Shown here: in pieces, positions 1 through 8,965 of the stretch
Numbering within the stretch: position 1 is the stretch's first letter
How the letters are laid out: each line of letters starts with the position of its first letter
Source of the DNA: Candidatus Nomurabacteria bacterium
Lineage (GTDB): Bacteria; Patescibacteriota; Dojkabacteria; SC72; JAHDCA01
Length of the DNA: 51,170 bases
Reading direction: 5' to 3'
Assembly (NCBI GenBank): GCA_020632395.1
Contig: JACKFQ010000003.1
Span: 1 to 51,170, forward strand
Translations under genes and position numbers: made by a program
Notes under the pieces: generated by a model
The model's input: only the letters and a program-made list of their open reading frames with translations
The model's database searches: none
What the model was told of the DNA's origin: nothing

Positions 1-98
1 GCCATAAAACCTTTTGATTCATCGAAACTTGCAAGATCATAACTCGGTTTCCAATGGTCAACAGTATCGTTTCCATGGAAATAGAAAATTTTGTCCAT
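1..98 (-). CDS. Partial CDS (5' end only, runs off the window), unknown product
   Basis: ATG at 98 on the minus strand opens MDKIFYFHGNDTVDHWKPSYDLASFDESKGFM with no stop before position 1; divergent from mreB-like gene. Confidence 0.4.
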   Translation of the reverse strand, partial: MDKIFYFHGNDTVDHWKPSYDLASFDESKGFM

Positions 99-144
99 CT
101 GATTAAATAGAACAATTTAAATATTTAAATCTAATTAATGACAT

Positions 145-204
145 CAATGTCCAAATGATCAATGTTCAAGTGATCAACGCCCAAGTGATCAATGTCCATG
201 TGAT
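145..204. repeat. Tandem repeat, 4 x 15 bp (CAATGTCCAAGTGAT-like)
   Basis: Units at 145,160,175,190: caatgtccaaatgat/caatgttcaagtgat/caacgcccaagtgat/caatgtccatgtgat. Confidence 0.85.
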
Positions 205-434
205 ATCTACTTATCTGAGAGCCGATGTCATTCTGATAGCTTGTAAAAGATCATGAAAAACAGGTGTTAGTTGATGTTTGTGGATAATAGAGTATGGGAT
301 TATTAAGGAGCAAGTCTCTCAAAATCGACTAAATTCCTACCTCTACTCTAGGATCTTTCAATACTACCTGGTCGGGGAATTATCAAAAATATAATAATTG
401 GGATGTATCCTAGTATTTGTATTATAATACAAAC

Positions 435-1427
435 ATGTTTGGAAAGAAATTGGGAATAGATCTCGGAACAGCAAATTCAGTAGTATACCTCCAAGGGGAG
501 GGTGTTGTTCTTGTCGAACCTACGGTTGTGGCCCTTGATGTAAATGATATGAGTGTAATTGCAGTAGGAAGCGAAGCTAAAGAAATGATAGGAAAGACAC
601 CTGATGAGATCATTGTTAAACGACCAATGCGTAACGGTGTGATCGCAGATGCTCGTGTGACAGAAGCCTTATTGAAATACTTCTTCTCTAAGTCACTGGG
701 TGGTGTCTCAAGGCTTTTTAAACCCGATGTGATGATCAGTGTACCTGCAGGTATAACAAGCGTTGAGCGTCGTGCTGTTCTAAAGGCAGCTAACGATGCG
801 GGAGCTAGAAAGACAAAATTAATACCAGAGCCATTACTTGCGGCTATTGGTGCTGGATTACCTATTGAAACATCTTCAGGCAATATGATAGTGAATATGG
901 GGGGAGGTACTTCTGAGATTGCCGTTATTTCATTGCGGGGAGTTGTAGAGTATTCATCTCTGAGAGTTGCGGGTGATGCATTAAATGACGCAATAATCGC
1001 TCATCTTCGTAAGAAACACGGTTTGCTGATCGGAGAGCAAACTGCTGAGCAGATCAAGATCAAGATCGGTTCAGCGATCAAGGTTGAAAAACCTAGATCC
1101 TATGAGATCAAGGGGCGTGATGCTGCAGGTGGTATGCCAAGATCTCTGATCATTGATTCAAATGAAATCGCTGAGGCGTTGAGAGTCCCATTAAATCAGA
1201 TCATAGCGGCAATAAAATCTGTCCTAGAGCGTACACCACCGGAGTTGGCAGCAGATATCATAGATAGGGGAATGGTCATGAGTGGAGGAACTGCGTTGCT
1301 TTCGAATCTGGACAAGCTATTTACTAGGGCAACAGGTGTTCCTGCTTATGTTGCTGAAGAACCGATGTTTTGTGTGGCGAAGGGGACTGGTGAGGCGTTG
1401 GAGCTTTCCTTCCCCGCTAACTTATAG
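435..1427 (+). CDS. mreB: MreB/Mbl family actin-like protein, stand-alone paralog
   Basis: GIDLGTANS, RPMRNGVI, VPAGITSVERRAV, AAIGAGLP, GGGTSE, SGGTALL motifs; probable start ATG 435 (ORF opens at 417). Confidence 0.93.
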   Translation: MFGKKLGIDLGTANSVVYLQGEGVVLVEPTVVALDVNDMSVIAVGSEAKEMIGKTPDEIIVKRPMRNGVIADARVTEALLKYFFSKSLGGVSRLFKPDVMISVPAGITSVERRAVLKAANDAGARKTKLIPEPLLAAIGAGLPIETSSGNMIVNMGGGTSEIAVISLRGVVEYSSLRVAGDALNDAIIAHLRKKHGLLIGEQTAEQIKIKIGSAIKVEKPRSYEIKGRDAAGGMPRSLIIDSNEIAEALRVPLNQIIAAIKSVLERTPPELAADIIDRGMVMSGGTALLSNLDKLFTRATGVPAYVAEEPMFCVAKGTGEALELSFPANL

Positions 1428-1429
1428 TG
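1412..1429 (+). repeat. Dispersed 18-bp motif, copy 1 (CCCCGCTAACTTATAGTG), contains the mreB stop codon
   Basis: Matches the six other copies at 6937, 18421, 20285, 22057, 23354, 23420. Confidence 0.85.
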
Positions 1430-1626
1430 CGATAGCGGAGATAGGGTGAATATCGCAGAGTAACATCTATCGGTCATCAATTATCTAATGCAGATCCATA
1501 TAGTTTGAATGAATGTAGAATGGGCATGATGTCAGGATAGCTCCGAAATAGAATAGCTGGGAAAAAAGGAAACGATGGAACCGCATGACAAGAAAGCAAT
1601 TAGCAGGGAGTTAGGAAAAGCTGGAC

Positions 1627-1729
1627 GGCAATAAAGTAGGAAGCTAGAAGCAGGTAAACAGGATGGGTAAAGGCAAGAACCGAAACCGCAGGGCAATAAA
1701 GTAGGAAGCTGGGAGCAGGTAAACAGGAT
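1627..1729. repeat. Purine-rich 38-bp direct repeat, 2 copies, period 65
   Basis: ggcaataaagtaggaagct(a/g)g(a/g)agcaggtaaacaggat at 1627-1664 and 1692-1729. Confidence 0.8.
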
Positions 1730-1860
1730 CGCAACAAAGAAGTAAGCAGGAATATGCCCTCTCAAGACTACGAGTCTTGAATTATATAGAGAATGTCGCG
1801 GGTGGAGCCGATATTCTTTTTCCGATAGACCTTATTGATTATTTCTGCTACCGTCATGTT

Positions 1861-2559
1861 ATGGTTGATCCCTTAGATAAGAATATTTACGCTCCATATC
1901 AGAGGCTGGTGGATTATGCTATAGATGCATTAAAAGATCTGGGAAGAGATCCAGTACTACTCGATGCTGGTTGTGGCCATAGCACAGCCTTAGAGGAGCA
2001 GTATAAGCGATGTGGGAAAGTTATTGGAGTGGATATGGATAGAAAAGCCCTAAATCGCAATGTCCTTATTGATACAAAGGTTTTTGCTGATATGACAAAT
2101 GTTCCTCTTCCTGATGATTCGGTTGATATTATCGTATCTGCCTGGGTATTGGAACATGTAGAAAAACCCGAGATCTTCATCAAGGAGTGTGATAGGTTAC
2201 TTAGATCAGGAGGGTATTTCATTTTCATAGCGCCGAATGTTGATGGGTGGTATGCGGTGTTGGCCAGTGAGATACCATATTTTATTCACGAATTTTTCAC
2301 AAAATTACTCTATAAAAGAGGAGAAGGAGATACATACAAGGCGTACTACAGACTGAACTCGGAAGAAGATATGGATCGTTACCTGGTAGAAGATCATAAA
2401 TATACAAAGATCAAGTATGTATACAATGATGATCCTCGTTATATCGGGTTTACTATATTTACGAGACCGTTGGCTTGGTTGTGGCAAAAGATCGTTATGA
2501 TGAAGCGGATGGAAAAATTCCGTCTGCATGTAATAGGTTTGTACAAAAAGCCTAGTTGA
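1861..2559 (+). CDS. Class I SAM-dependent methyltransferase
   Basis: LLDAGCG motif I, VIGVDMD, VPLPDDSVDIIVSAWVLEHV, LLRSGGYF; probable start ATG 1861 (ORF opens at TTG 1777). Confidence 0.88.
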   Translation: MVDPLDKNIYAPYQRLVDYAIDALKDLGRDPVLLDAGCGHSTALEEQYKRCGKVIGVDMDRKALNRNVLIDTKVFADMTNVPLPDDSVDIIVSAWVLEHVEKPEIFIKECDRLLRSGGYFIFIAPNVDGWYAVLASEIPYFIHEFFTKLLYKRGEGDTYKAYYRLNSEEDMDRYLVEDHKYTKIKYVYNDDPRYIGFTIFTRPLAWLWQKIVMMKRMEKFRLHVIGLYKKPS

Positions 2560-2596
2560 TGATATTATCTTAGCAATAAAATATAGGCCATAGATT

Positions 2597-3751
2597 ATGA
2601 CCATATTCACTAAAAAAGGAAAAAAGAACATGAAGTTGGCGGAGCTTACAGAGATCCTTCACGAACTGCGTATTCCAACTTCACTTGTGTTGACGCCAAC
2701 GAATCTAAATACAGAAATGGAGAAATTCTTGAATTCTGAGGATTACAACCCTCAATTTGAATATCGGATAGTAAATAATAAGAATGACAAGCTCTTTCAG
2801 ATTCTTGCATCTCTCGAGAGTGTTACAGATGTAGACCCAAGATTATCAGAATTCTATATTCAACTAATTGAATCAAAGAAACTGTCTTCTGATCTAATGC
2901 ACGCAGTAGGTGATAATGTACGATTTACAAAATTATCCATAAAACGATTTAGGATGCCTACGCCAGTACTTTTCAGAAATGCTTGTCGTGTACTTAGGAG
3001 GTATGTGTCAATGTATGATCTGTCAGAACCAAAGAAAGATAGGCGAAAAATGGGCTTTGATGAGGTGGCTGCAGTTATAAATACTGTCCTAGAAGAATTT
3101 GAACTCAAGGAGTGGAGTGCTAATAAGTCTATGAACATAGCACAAAATGGAATGAAGGTAGGAGTCAAAAACAAGGAGATCCTGATCGATCCAAACATTG
3201 AGACCACTCCCTCCCGCTTACGCAAATCTATCGTTCACGAATTTACACATGTGATCAGATCACATAATGGTCTGAAGACAGGCTATGAGGCTCTTTCTAA
3301 GCCTACATATGGTGATTATCTGGAGGTCGAGGAAGGACTAGCTGTATATAATGAGGAGATAATGGGGTTATTGAGCTATTCTGACTTAAGAAAAGGTGCC
3401 GTTTCGGCCTGGGGGACATATATCGGTCAAGAGATGTCTTTCAGGGAGCTTCATAATGTATATAGCTCTATCTATACAAAGAAAAATGCATTCCTTCGGG
3501 TTCTTCGTGTAAAGAGAGGTTTAGGCGATACTTCAATGCCGGGGATATACTCAAAAGATGTTGCGTATTTTAGAGGTTTTAGGAGGGTAAGGAAGAAATG
3601 TGCTGAAGATGCAACATTGTATGCAAAATTGTATGCAGGAAAGATCAATTTCAAACAGGTCAGTTGGGTTGATGATGGATTGATCAGAAAACCTGCTATT
3701 GTTCCTAGTAAACAGAGATTTGAGAAGGCCTTTAAGAAAGCCGGTATATAG
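2597..3751 (+). CDS. DUF1704/MATCAP-family zinc peptidase (QEGLA/EEGLA-motif protein)
   Basis: HEFTH..R..NG, EEGLA, RVKRG, YSKDVAYFRG and LYAGKI motifs; alternative start ATG 2630. Confidence 0.85.
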   Translation: MTIFTKKGKKNMKLAELTEILHELRIPTSLVLTPTNLNTEMEKFLNSEDYNPQFEYRIVNNKNDKLFQILASLESVTDVDPRLSEFYIQLIESKKLSSDLMHAVGDNVRFTKLSIKRFRMPTPVLFRNACRVLRRYVSMYDLSEPKKDRRKMGFDEVAAVINTVLEEFELKEWSANKSMNIAQNGMKVGVKNKEILIDPNIETTPSRLRKSIVHEFTHVIRSHNGLKTGYEALSKPTYGDYLEVEEGLAVYNEEIMGLLSYSDLRKGAVSAWGTYIGQEMSFRELHNVYSSIYTKKNAFLRVLRVKRGLGDTSMPGIYSKDVAYFRGFRRVRKKCAEDATLYAKLYAGKINFKQVSWVDDGLIRKPAIVPSKQRFEKAFKKAGI

Positions 3752-3774
3752 ATCAGAAATGTGTGGTATAGCAC

Positions 3775-3857
3775 CCATGATCTGTATCTAGCCATGGTCT
3801 ATATCTAGCCCTGGTCTATATCTAGCCATGATCTGTATCTAGCCATGGTCTGTAGAG
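3775..3857. repeat. Tandem repeat, about 5 x 17 bp (CCATG(A/G)TCT(G/A)TATCTAG) between convergent genes
   Basis: Units at 3775, 3792, 3809, 3826 and partial 3843. Confidence 0.9.
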
Positions 3858-3886
3858 CCATAGAAATATTGAGTTATGGGGACGGT

Positions 3887-4855
3887 TTACGGGTTCTTTT
3901 CTTCAGAAAAGGAAGAAATTAGGGCATCTGCGATATTTACGGGATCGCCATCTAGGCACTTTGTCTCATATGCATTGAAACCGGGGTGTAGACTGAGTTC
4001 CAGAACATATGGTTTACCTTGCTTATAAATAATATCTACCGCCATAAAATCCGCCCGCAAAGCCCGCGCAACCGTTTCTGCAAGTGTTCTTTCTGCGTCG
4101 GTTGGATCGTTATGATACAGGTATGTAGAACCTTTTGTGACAGTAAGAAAGCTGTTTGGAGGGGAGATCCGCTTCCATCCTGCAATTACATGGCCTTTAG
4201 AGACAAAGATCCTGAGATCTTCCCCAATATCTACGAATTCTTGTGCAATATAGTCATTTTCTTTGATCGAATCCAAAACCTCTTCATGCCAATCCTCCGG
4301 TGATCTCACCAGATATATATTCTTTTTTATCTTTTCTTCGCCATCGATAAGCTTTATCGCGTTCTCACCCGAATTGATCTTGAGGATGATAGGGTATTCC
4401 AAAGGTCCAATGTTCAGATGGTAATCTCTATTGGCACTGAAATATGTTTTCAGATGAGGAATGTTGTACTGTAGGCAGATGTTTGCCATCCATGTTTTGG
4501 TGTATTCTTGCATCATTTTTATTGCATGAGCGTTCTGAACGAGAATTTTCTTTGAGGGATTTTCTTTGTTCCAACGGTCTATTACTGATACGATGAGCTG
4601 TTTTAACTCATAGGAATTATCAGTAACGTAATGACCTCCCAAGAGTATATGCGTGTATGAAACGATGTCTTCACCATCTACGGTAATTGTTGTTTTATCA
4701 TTAGCAAACTCGACCTGAAGGCTGTTATAGTACGCAAATGTGCTTTCATATCCATGTTTATCGATCTCCTCGAGGATGCGTGAAACTCGCTTAGGAAACT
4801 TGCCAGTTGTAGCAATTCGTTGAGTTTTATCTAATACTAAAAATCTCATTAACAT
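3887..4855 (-). CDS. RimK-like ATP-grasp ligase (divergent)
   Basis: PIILK, YIAQEFV, DLRIFV..G.VI, AVDII, YVLELSLHPGF pattern of RimK/LysX ATP-grasp enzymes. Confidence 0.8.
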   Translation of the reverse strand: MLMRFLVLDKTQRIATTGKFPKRVSRILEEIDKHGYESTFAYYNSLQVEFANDKTTITVDGEDIVSYTHILLGGHYVTDNSYELKQLIVSVIDRWNKENPSKKILVQNAHAIKMMQEYTKTWMANICLQYNIPHLKTYFSANRDYHLNIGPLEYPIILKINSGENAIKLIDGEEKIKKNIYLVRSPEDWHEEVLDSIKENDYIAQEFVDIGEDLRIFVSKGHVIAGWKRISPPNSFLTVTKGSTYLYHNDPTDAERTLAETVARALRADFMAVDIIYKQGKPYVLELSLHPGFNAYETKCLDGDPVNIADALISSFSEEKNP

Positions 4856-5265
4856 CTTGGAAGAATTTAACCTTCAAATTATAACAGGGTGGGGGAGCTT
4901 GAGGAAATATCCTGATCTAAAAATACAACAGCTTTCTGGGATGGAAAAATTCAAAGTCATCTCAAGTCGTTGTTCAGCACAGATGCTGATTTGAGAGTGG
5001 AGTGGGAGTCAGTCGATTTGTGAAACAAAGAAAAACTATCGTGGAACAAAGGGACCTTTTTCGGCATCCATTAGTTATGCAAAAATTGTGACTTTATCGG
5101 AATGGATACGGAAAGGTAAGCAGATATGTTGTCTGAACGGTGTATATTGGGCATGTACAATATATTTGAACATGGAACTTCAGAGCAAATTTGACTTGGT
5201 CGATAGCTTCATCAAATAGATGAATTCAAACGAAAAATGAGGTAAGGATGTCGGACCCGATCAGC

Positions 5266-6930
5266 TCATGCCAGGGCGATCTTTTGACTGATCAGACCAT
5301 CATGGATACGATCTTCGAAAAGCTCAGGGATATCTGTGACTAGAATATCTATCCTGTCAAAACCGGTTCCGTACATTTCTACTGATTCGATGTTGTCATG
5401 AACGATCACAATATTATCCAAAGAAGCATTGATCTTTAGTGCCCGCACTGCTACATGATGATCCATTGCATCATTCAACTTATCTCCATTCATGTAAAGA
5501 CTGTTTCGGTGGTATATACCGGTTCGTGAGTTTGGTTCTACAAGGCCTTTTTCAAGAAGTATTTGATATACATCTTCAACCTGGCCGATCATAACGATCC
5601 CTTTACAATACGGTTTATTCTGAATTAGACCCGAAACTATCTTAGAACCTATATCAGGATATTGCTTACCTAGTACCGGAAATGAGTTCAGATACGATTC
5701 CGGCATGGTGTTGAATTCTATGAAGCTTCCATTCTCTATAGTAAGAGTTTTTGAAATATCCCTGCAAATTACGTCTATACCAACAACATTGGCGTGGATA
5801 CTAGATGCGATCGATTCTGCAATAGATCTGATCTGTGGATGAACTTTATCTGTAAAGTCTTCTGTGATGCCACCTTGACTCATACTTGCAACTTTTCGCA
5901 CATATATGCGTTCTTGGTCGTTTGGTATGTGCTCTAGAGATAATCCTTGTTCCTCTAGGAATTCCTGTAGTGGGACATCAAAATTTATGGGTTTAAGTAT
6001 GTGTGCAGGATTTTCAATGTTTCTTCTGGGATCCTTGTTGATATCTTCTATAAGGCTTCGTATAGAACTTTTCCCATCTCCTACAATAAATGCGGGAATT
6101 CGCTTGGTAGCGATCTCCAGTTTTCCATTCACTACGAGTAGGCGATAATCATCCCCATAAACTTGTTGTTGGATCATGACGTTTGTTTGCCAAATGGCCC
6201 TATTCTTTTTTCCTATGATATCTTTTGCATAATTATATGCATGGATCGCATGGTCGATATCGTTGATATTTGTTGTCACTCCACTTCCTTGTGTTAAGCC
6301 TGTTGGCTTTATCACAACAGGTTTTGTAAATGTCTCAAAAAGTTCTCGGAGATGTGCTTCGGACTCGATCACGTCCCATGGGGCTATTGGCATTTTTAAC
6401 TGAGTGACTACAAGATTTGATATCCTCTTATCTCTAGAGGATTTTAATGCAAGTATTGAATCTCCACTGCTACCAGAAGATACCGTCACACCAGAATGTC
6501 TTCCCATTCCGACGCGGTAATATCGATTCCATTGTGATGGACTTCCGGTTGTATAGAGGTCGATCTCTCCATCCATAAAAAATTGATTCAGTTCAAGACC
6601 CATATCACGAGCAGCGACTAGGATAGGGATCGTGGACATGGAATATACCTGTCCACGGATGATCTTGTTGAGTAGGGAATCTTTCGCCTCATCGTATGTT
6701 ATCTGTCCGGTCGCATAGCTATTTAATGTTTTTGAGGCTTCTTTCCATAGTTGTGGCAATTTTGTTTGGATCGAAAGTACATTTCCTTCAACGGAATAGT
6801 CGTACATGAAGATGTCATGAAATCCTCGGAGAAGATCGATTAGATCTGTCTTTGGTGTTGCATCCATTTCTACGATTACTGTAGTGTAGGGGTTTTTTAG
6901 GTTAATTCCTTGTAGGGTTGTGATGTTCAT
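5266..6930 (-). CDS. Cyanophycin-synthetase-like ATP-grasp protein with degenerate Mur-ligase C-terminus (CphA2-like architecture)
   Basis: PVVIKPTGLTQGSGVT, DYRLLVVNG, KRIPAFIVGDGKSSI..LI...N.DPRR, SMSQGG, GIDVI, EFN; C-terminal GTGFDRIDILV resembles CphA GLGFDRCDVAV but no GTNGKT P-loop. Confidence 0.8.
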   Translation of the reverse strand: MNITTLQGINLKNPYTTVIVEMDATPKTDLIDLLRGFHDIFMYDYSVEGNVLSIQTKLPQLWKEASKTLNSYATGQITYDEAKDSLLNKIIRGQVYSMSTIPILVAARDMGLELNQFFMDGEIDLYTTGSPSQWNRYYRVGMGRHSGVTVSSGSSGDSILALKSSRDKRISNLVVTQLKMPIAPWDVIESEAHLRELFETFTKPVVIKPTGLTQGSGVTTNINDIDHAIHAYNYAKDIIGKKNRAIWQTNVMIQQQVYGDDYRLLVVNGKLEIATKRIPAFIVGDGKSSIRSLIEDINKDPRRNIENPAHILKPINFDVPLQEFLEEQGLSLEHIPNDQERIYVRKVASMSQGGITEDFTDKVHPQIRSIAESIASSIHANVVGIDVICRDISKTLTIENGSFIEFNTMPESYLNSFPVLGKQYPDIGSKIVSGLIQNKPYCKGIVMIGQVEDVYQILLEKGLVEPNSRTGIYHRNSLYMNGDKLNDAMDHHVAVRALKINASLDNIVIVHDNIESVEMYGTGFDRIDILVTDIPELFEDRIHDGLISQKIALA

Positions 6931-6936
6931 AATCTA

Positions 6937-6954
6937 TCCAGCTAACTTATAGTG
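6937..6954 (+). repeat. Dispersed 18-bp motif, copy 2 (TCCAGCTAACTTATAGTG)
   Basis: 6 bp from the start codon of the minus-strand CphA-like gene. Confidence 0.85.
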
Positions 6955-7083
6955 CGAACTGAGCGAATGAAAAGAATTGATATAGTAGGTATATTAAATA
7001 ATTCTAAAGAAACACATACTCACTAGTTCCCTCTCTGCATGATGTGGATCAACAGCGGTATTCTATTGATTCTATACTGTAGA

Positions 7084-8487
7084 TCAACTGTTTCCAAGTC
7101 GTTGCTCTATCTGCTCCATGATCGAACCTACTTTGACACGCTGTTGCTCCAGAGTGTCCCGATCCCTAATGGTGACGGAATCATCTTCGAGGGAGTCAAA
7201 ATCGATTGTGATACACATTGGTGTTCCGATCTCATCTTGCCTGCGGTATCGCTTACCGATACTTCCTGTTTCATCGTACTCCACAACGAACAAGTTTTGT
7301 AGTGAGCTTTTGATCTTTTGGGCAATTTCGATCAGTTTTACATCTTTGACCAACGGGAATATAGCTACCTTTACAGGTGCTAGAGAAGGCTTGATCTTCA
7401 TCACAAGCCTAGTTGAACCATCTTCCAGCGTTTCTTCCGTATAACCCTGATCTAGTACTGCTAGAACCATCCTGTTTAGACCACCAGAGGTTTCCATAAT
7501 ATGAGGGATATATTTTTCGTTCCTTTCTTGGTCGAAATATTCTAGATTCTCTCCTGAAAATTCCTGATGCCTAGAAAGATCCCAATCTCCTCTTTGGTGG
7601 ATACCTTCAACTTCTGCAAATGCCCCTAAAGTCCTAAAATTGTATTCGATATCTACAGCTGCACTAGCATAGTGGGCTAATTTTTCATGATCCTTGAATC
7701 TCAGCGACTCTTTTTCAATACCGAGCTCTTCGATCCACCATCTCATTCGCGCCTCCTTCCAATATTCGTACTTTTCATTCATCAATGAAGGATGTAGGAA
7801 CAACTGCATCTCTGCTTGTTGGAATTCTCGAGTCCTAAAGATATACTGTCTTGCGACAACCTCATTCCTAAAGGCTTTTCCAACTTGAGCTATACCAAAA
7901 GGTAACTTCACTCGCATTGTTTGCAGATAGTTCTTGTAGTTCAGATAGATTCCTTGGCAGGTCTCTCCTCTAAGATAGACAACATTTTCCTCTGTAAGTT
8001 CGGAAGTAGGGGATCCCAGATTTGATTTGACGAGTAGATCAAACTTTTTAGCGTCAGTAAGATCAGTTCCACCACACTTTGAACATTTAAGCTTTCCTTC
8101 CTCACGGAGTTTTGCTACATGCTCGTTCACCTCATCGATAGGGAGTCTGTCAGCTTCCATTATCCCAAAAGGCTCCAAAAGTTGGTCGGCTTTCATTCTA
8201 TTTTTACAGGTTCTACAGTCGATCTCAGGTTCAACGAAAGAATCTACATGACCACTTGCTTTCCATACTTTCGGATGTGTAAAAATACCAGAATCAAGGT
8301 ATTTGATCTCATCATGACTCAACATACTCTTAATCCATGAATTTTTGATATTCTCTCGTAATAATGCCCCATAATGTCCATAATCATAAACAGCTGCAAA
8401 GCCGCCATAGATCTCTGATGATTGGAATATGAACCCACGCCTTTTTGCATATGCAGAGAGTGTGTCTAATGTAATTTTCTGTTCCAT
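7084..8487 (-). CDS. glyQS: Glycine--tRNA ligase, alpha2 (homodimeric) type
   Basis: KRRGFIFQSSEIYGG, LRGETCQG, GKAFRNE, FRTREFQQAE, EVEGIHQRGD, GSIGKRYRRQDEIGTP. Confidence 0.97.
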   Translation of the reverse strand: MEQKITLDTLSAYAKRRGFIFQSSEIYGGFAAVYDYGHYGALLRENIKNSWIKSMLSHDEIKYLDSGIFTHPKVWKASGHVDSFVEPEIDCRTCKNRMKADQLLEPFGIMEADRLPIDEVNEHVAKLREEGKLKCSKCGGTDLTDAKKFDLLVKSNLGSPTSELTEENVVYLRGETCQGIYLNYKNYLQTMRVKLPFGIAQVGKAFRNEVVARQYIFRTREFQQAEMQLFLHPSLMNEKYEYWKEARMRWWIEELGIEKESLRFKDHEKLAHYASAAVDIEYNFRTLGAFAEVEGIHQRGDWDLSRHQEFSGENLEYFDQERNEKYIPHIMETSGGLNRMVLAVLDQGYTEETLEDGSTRLVMKIKPSLAPVKVAIFPLVKDVKLIEIAQKIKSSLQNLFVVEYDETGSIGKRYRRQDEIGTPMCITIDFDSLEDDSVTIRDRDTLEQQRVKVGSIMEQIEQRLGNS

Positions 8488-8616
8488 TTGAATTATATAA
8501 AAGATAATTTAACTAAAACTTGCTATAAGAGCTCTCTAGGCTCTATGGCTATTATTACGTTATAAATAGGCATGCAGCCCATAACTAACAAGAACACCTG
8601 CGTAGACCGCACCTGC

Positions 8617-8757
8617 CTAGACCACACTTGCCAAACTAGCATCTAGTAGATCCCCACCAATATCCTCGACCAGGAGAGCGTAGATAGGACCTAGCATTGC
8701 TCCAGCAACTATTATTAAAGAATTAGTAAAGAGTAGCACCTTCAGAGCCTTGTTCAT
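8617..8757 (-). pseudogene. 5' remnant of an MFS transporter gene (46 aa, premature stop)
   Basis: MNKALKVLLFTNSLIIVAGAMLGPIYALLVEDIGGDLLDASLASVV* resembles the first TM segments of small CPR/archaeal MFS transporters; stop lies in a degenerate 15-bp tandem duplication. Confidence 0.6.
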
Positions 8758-8783
8758 CTAGCAGTGAGATCTGAACTTAAATG

Positions 8784-8820
8784 AAAAAACCGTCCTCTAA
8801 CAGAAACTGATAGGGACGGT
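8784..8820 (-). terminator. Intrinsic terminator of the T-box leader
   Basis: Minus strand ACCGTCCCT-ATCAGTTTCTGTT-AGAGGACGGT followed by a T run. Confidence 0.85.
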
Positions 8821-8961
8821 AGTAAACTTCCGCGGTTCCACCCATATTGCAAATCCTATAAGGTATTTGCCACTCATGGTAATATCGATTGTATGCCATA
8901 CCTAAAGCTCTTTGCAGGGTTTTCACTATCTCCTGCTCACTCGGATAGATCTCAGTAGGTT
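8784..8961 (-). promoter_or_regulatory. T-box riboswitch (glycine) upstream of glyQS
   Basis: AATATGGGTGGAACCGCGG T-box consensus overlapping a terminator; UGGA bulge fits tRNA-Gly UCCA; Stem I-like GAGTGAG bulge plus CAGG/CCTG hairpin with AGTGAA loop; GGC codon at 8897-8895. Confidence 0.88.
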
Positions 8962-8965
8962 ATTG

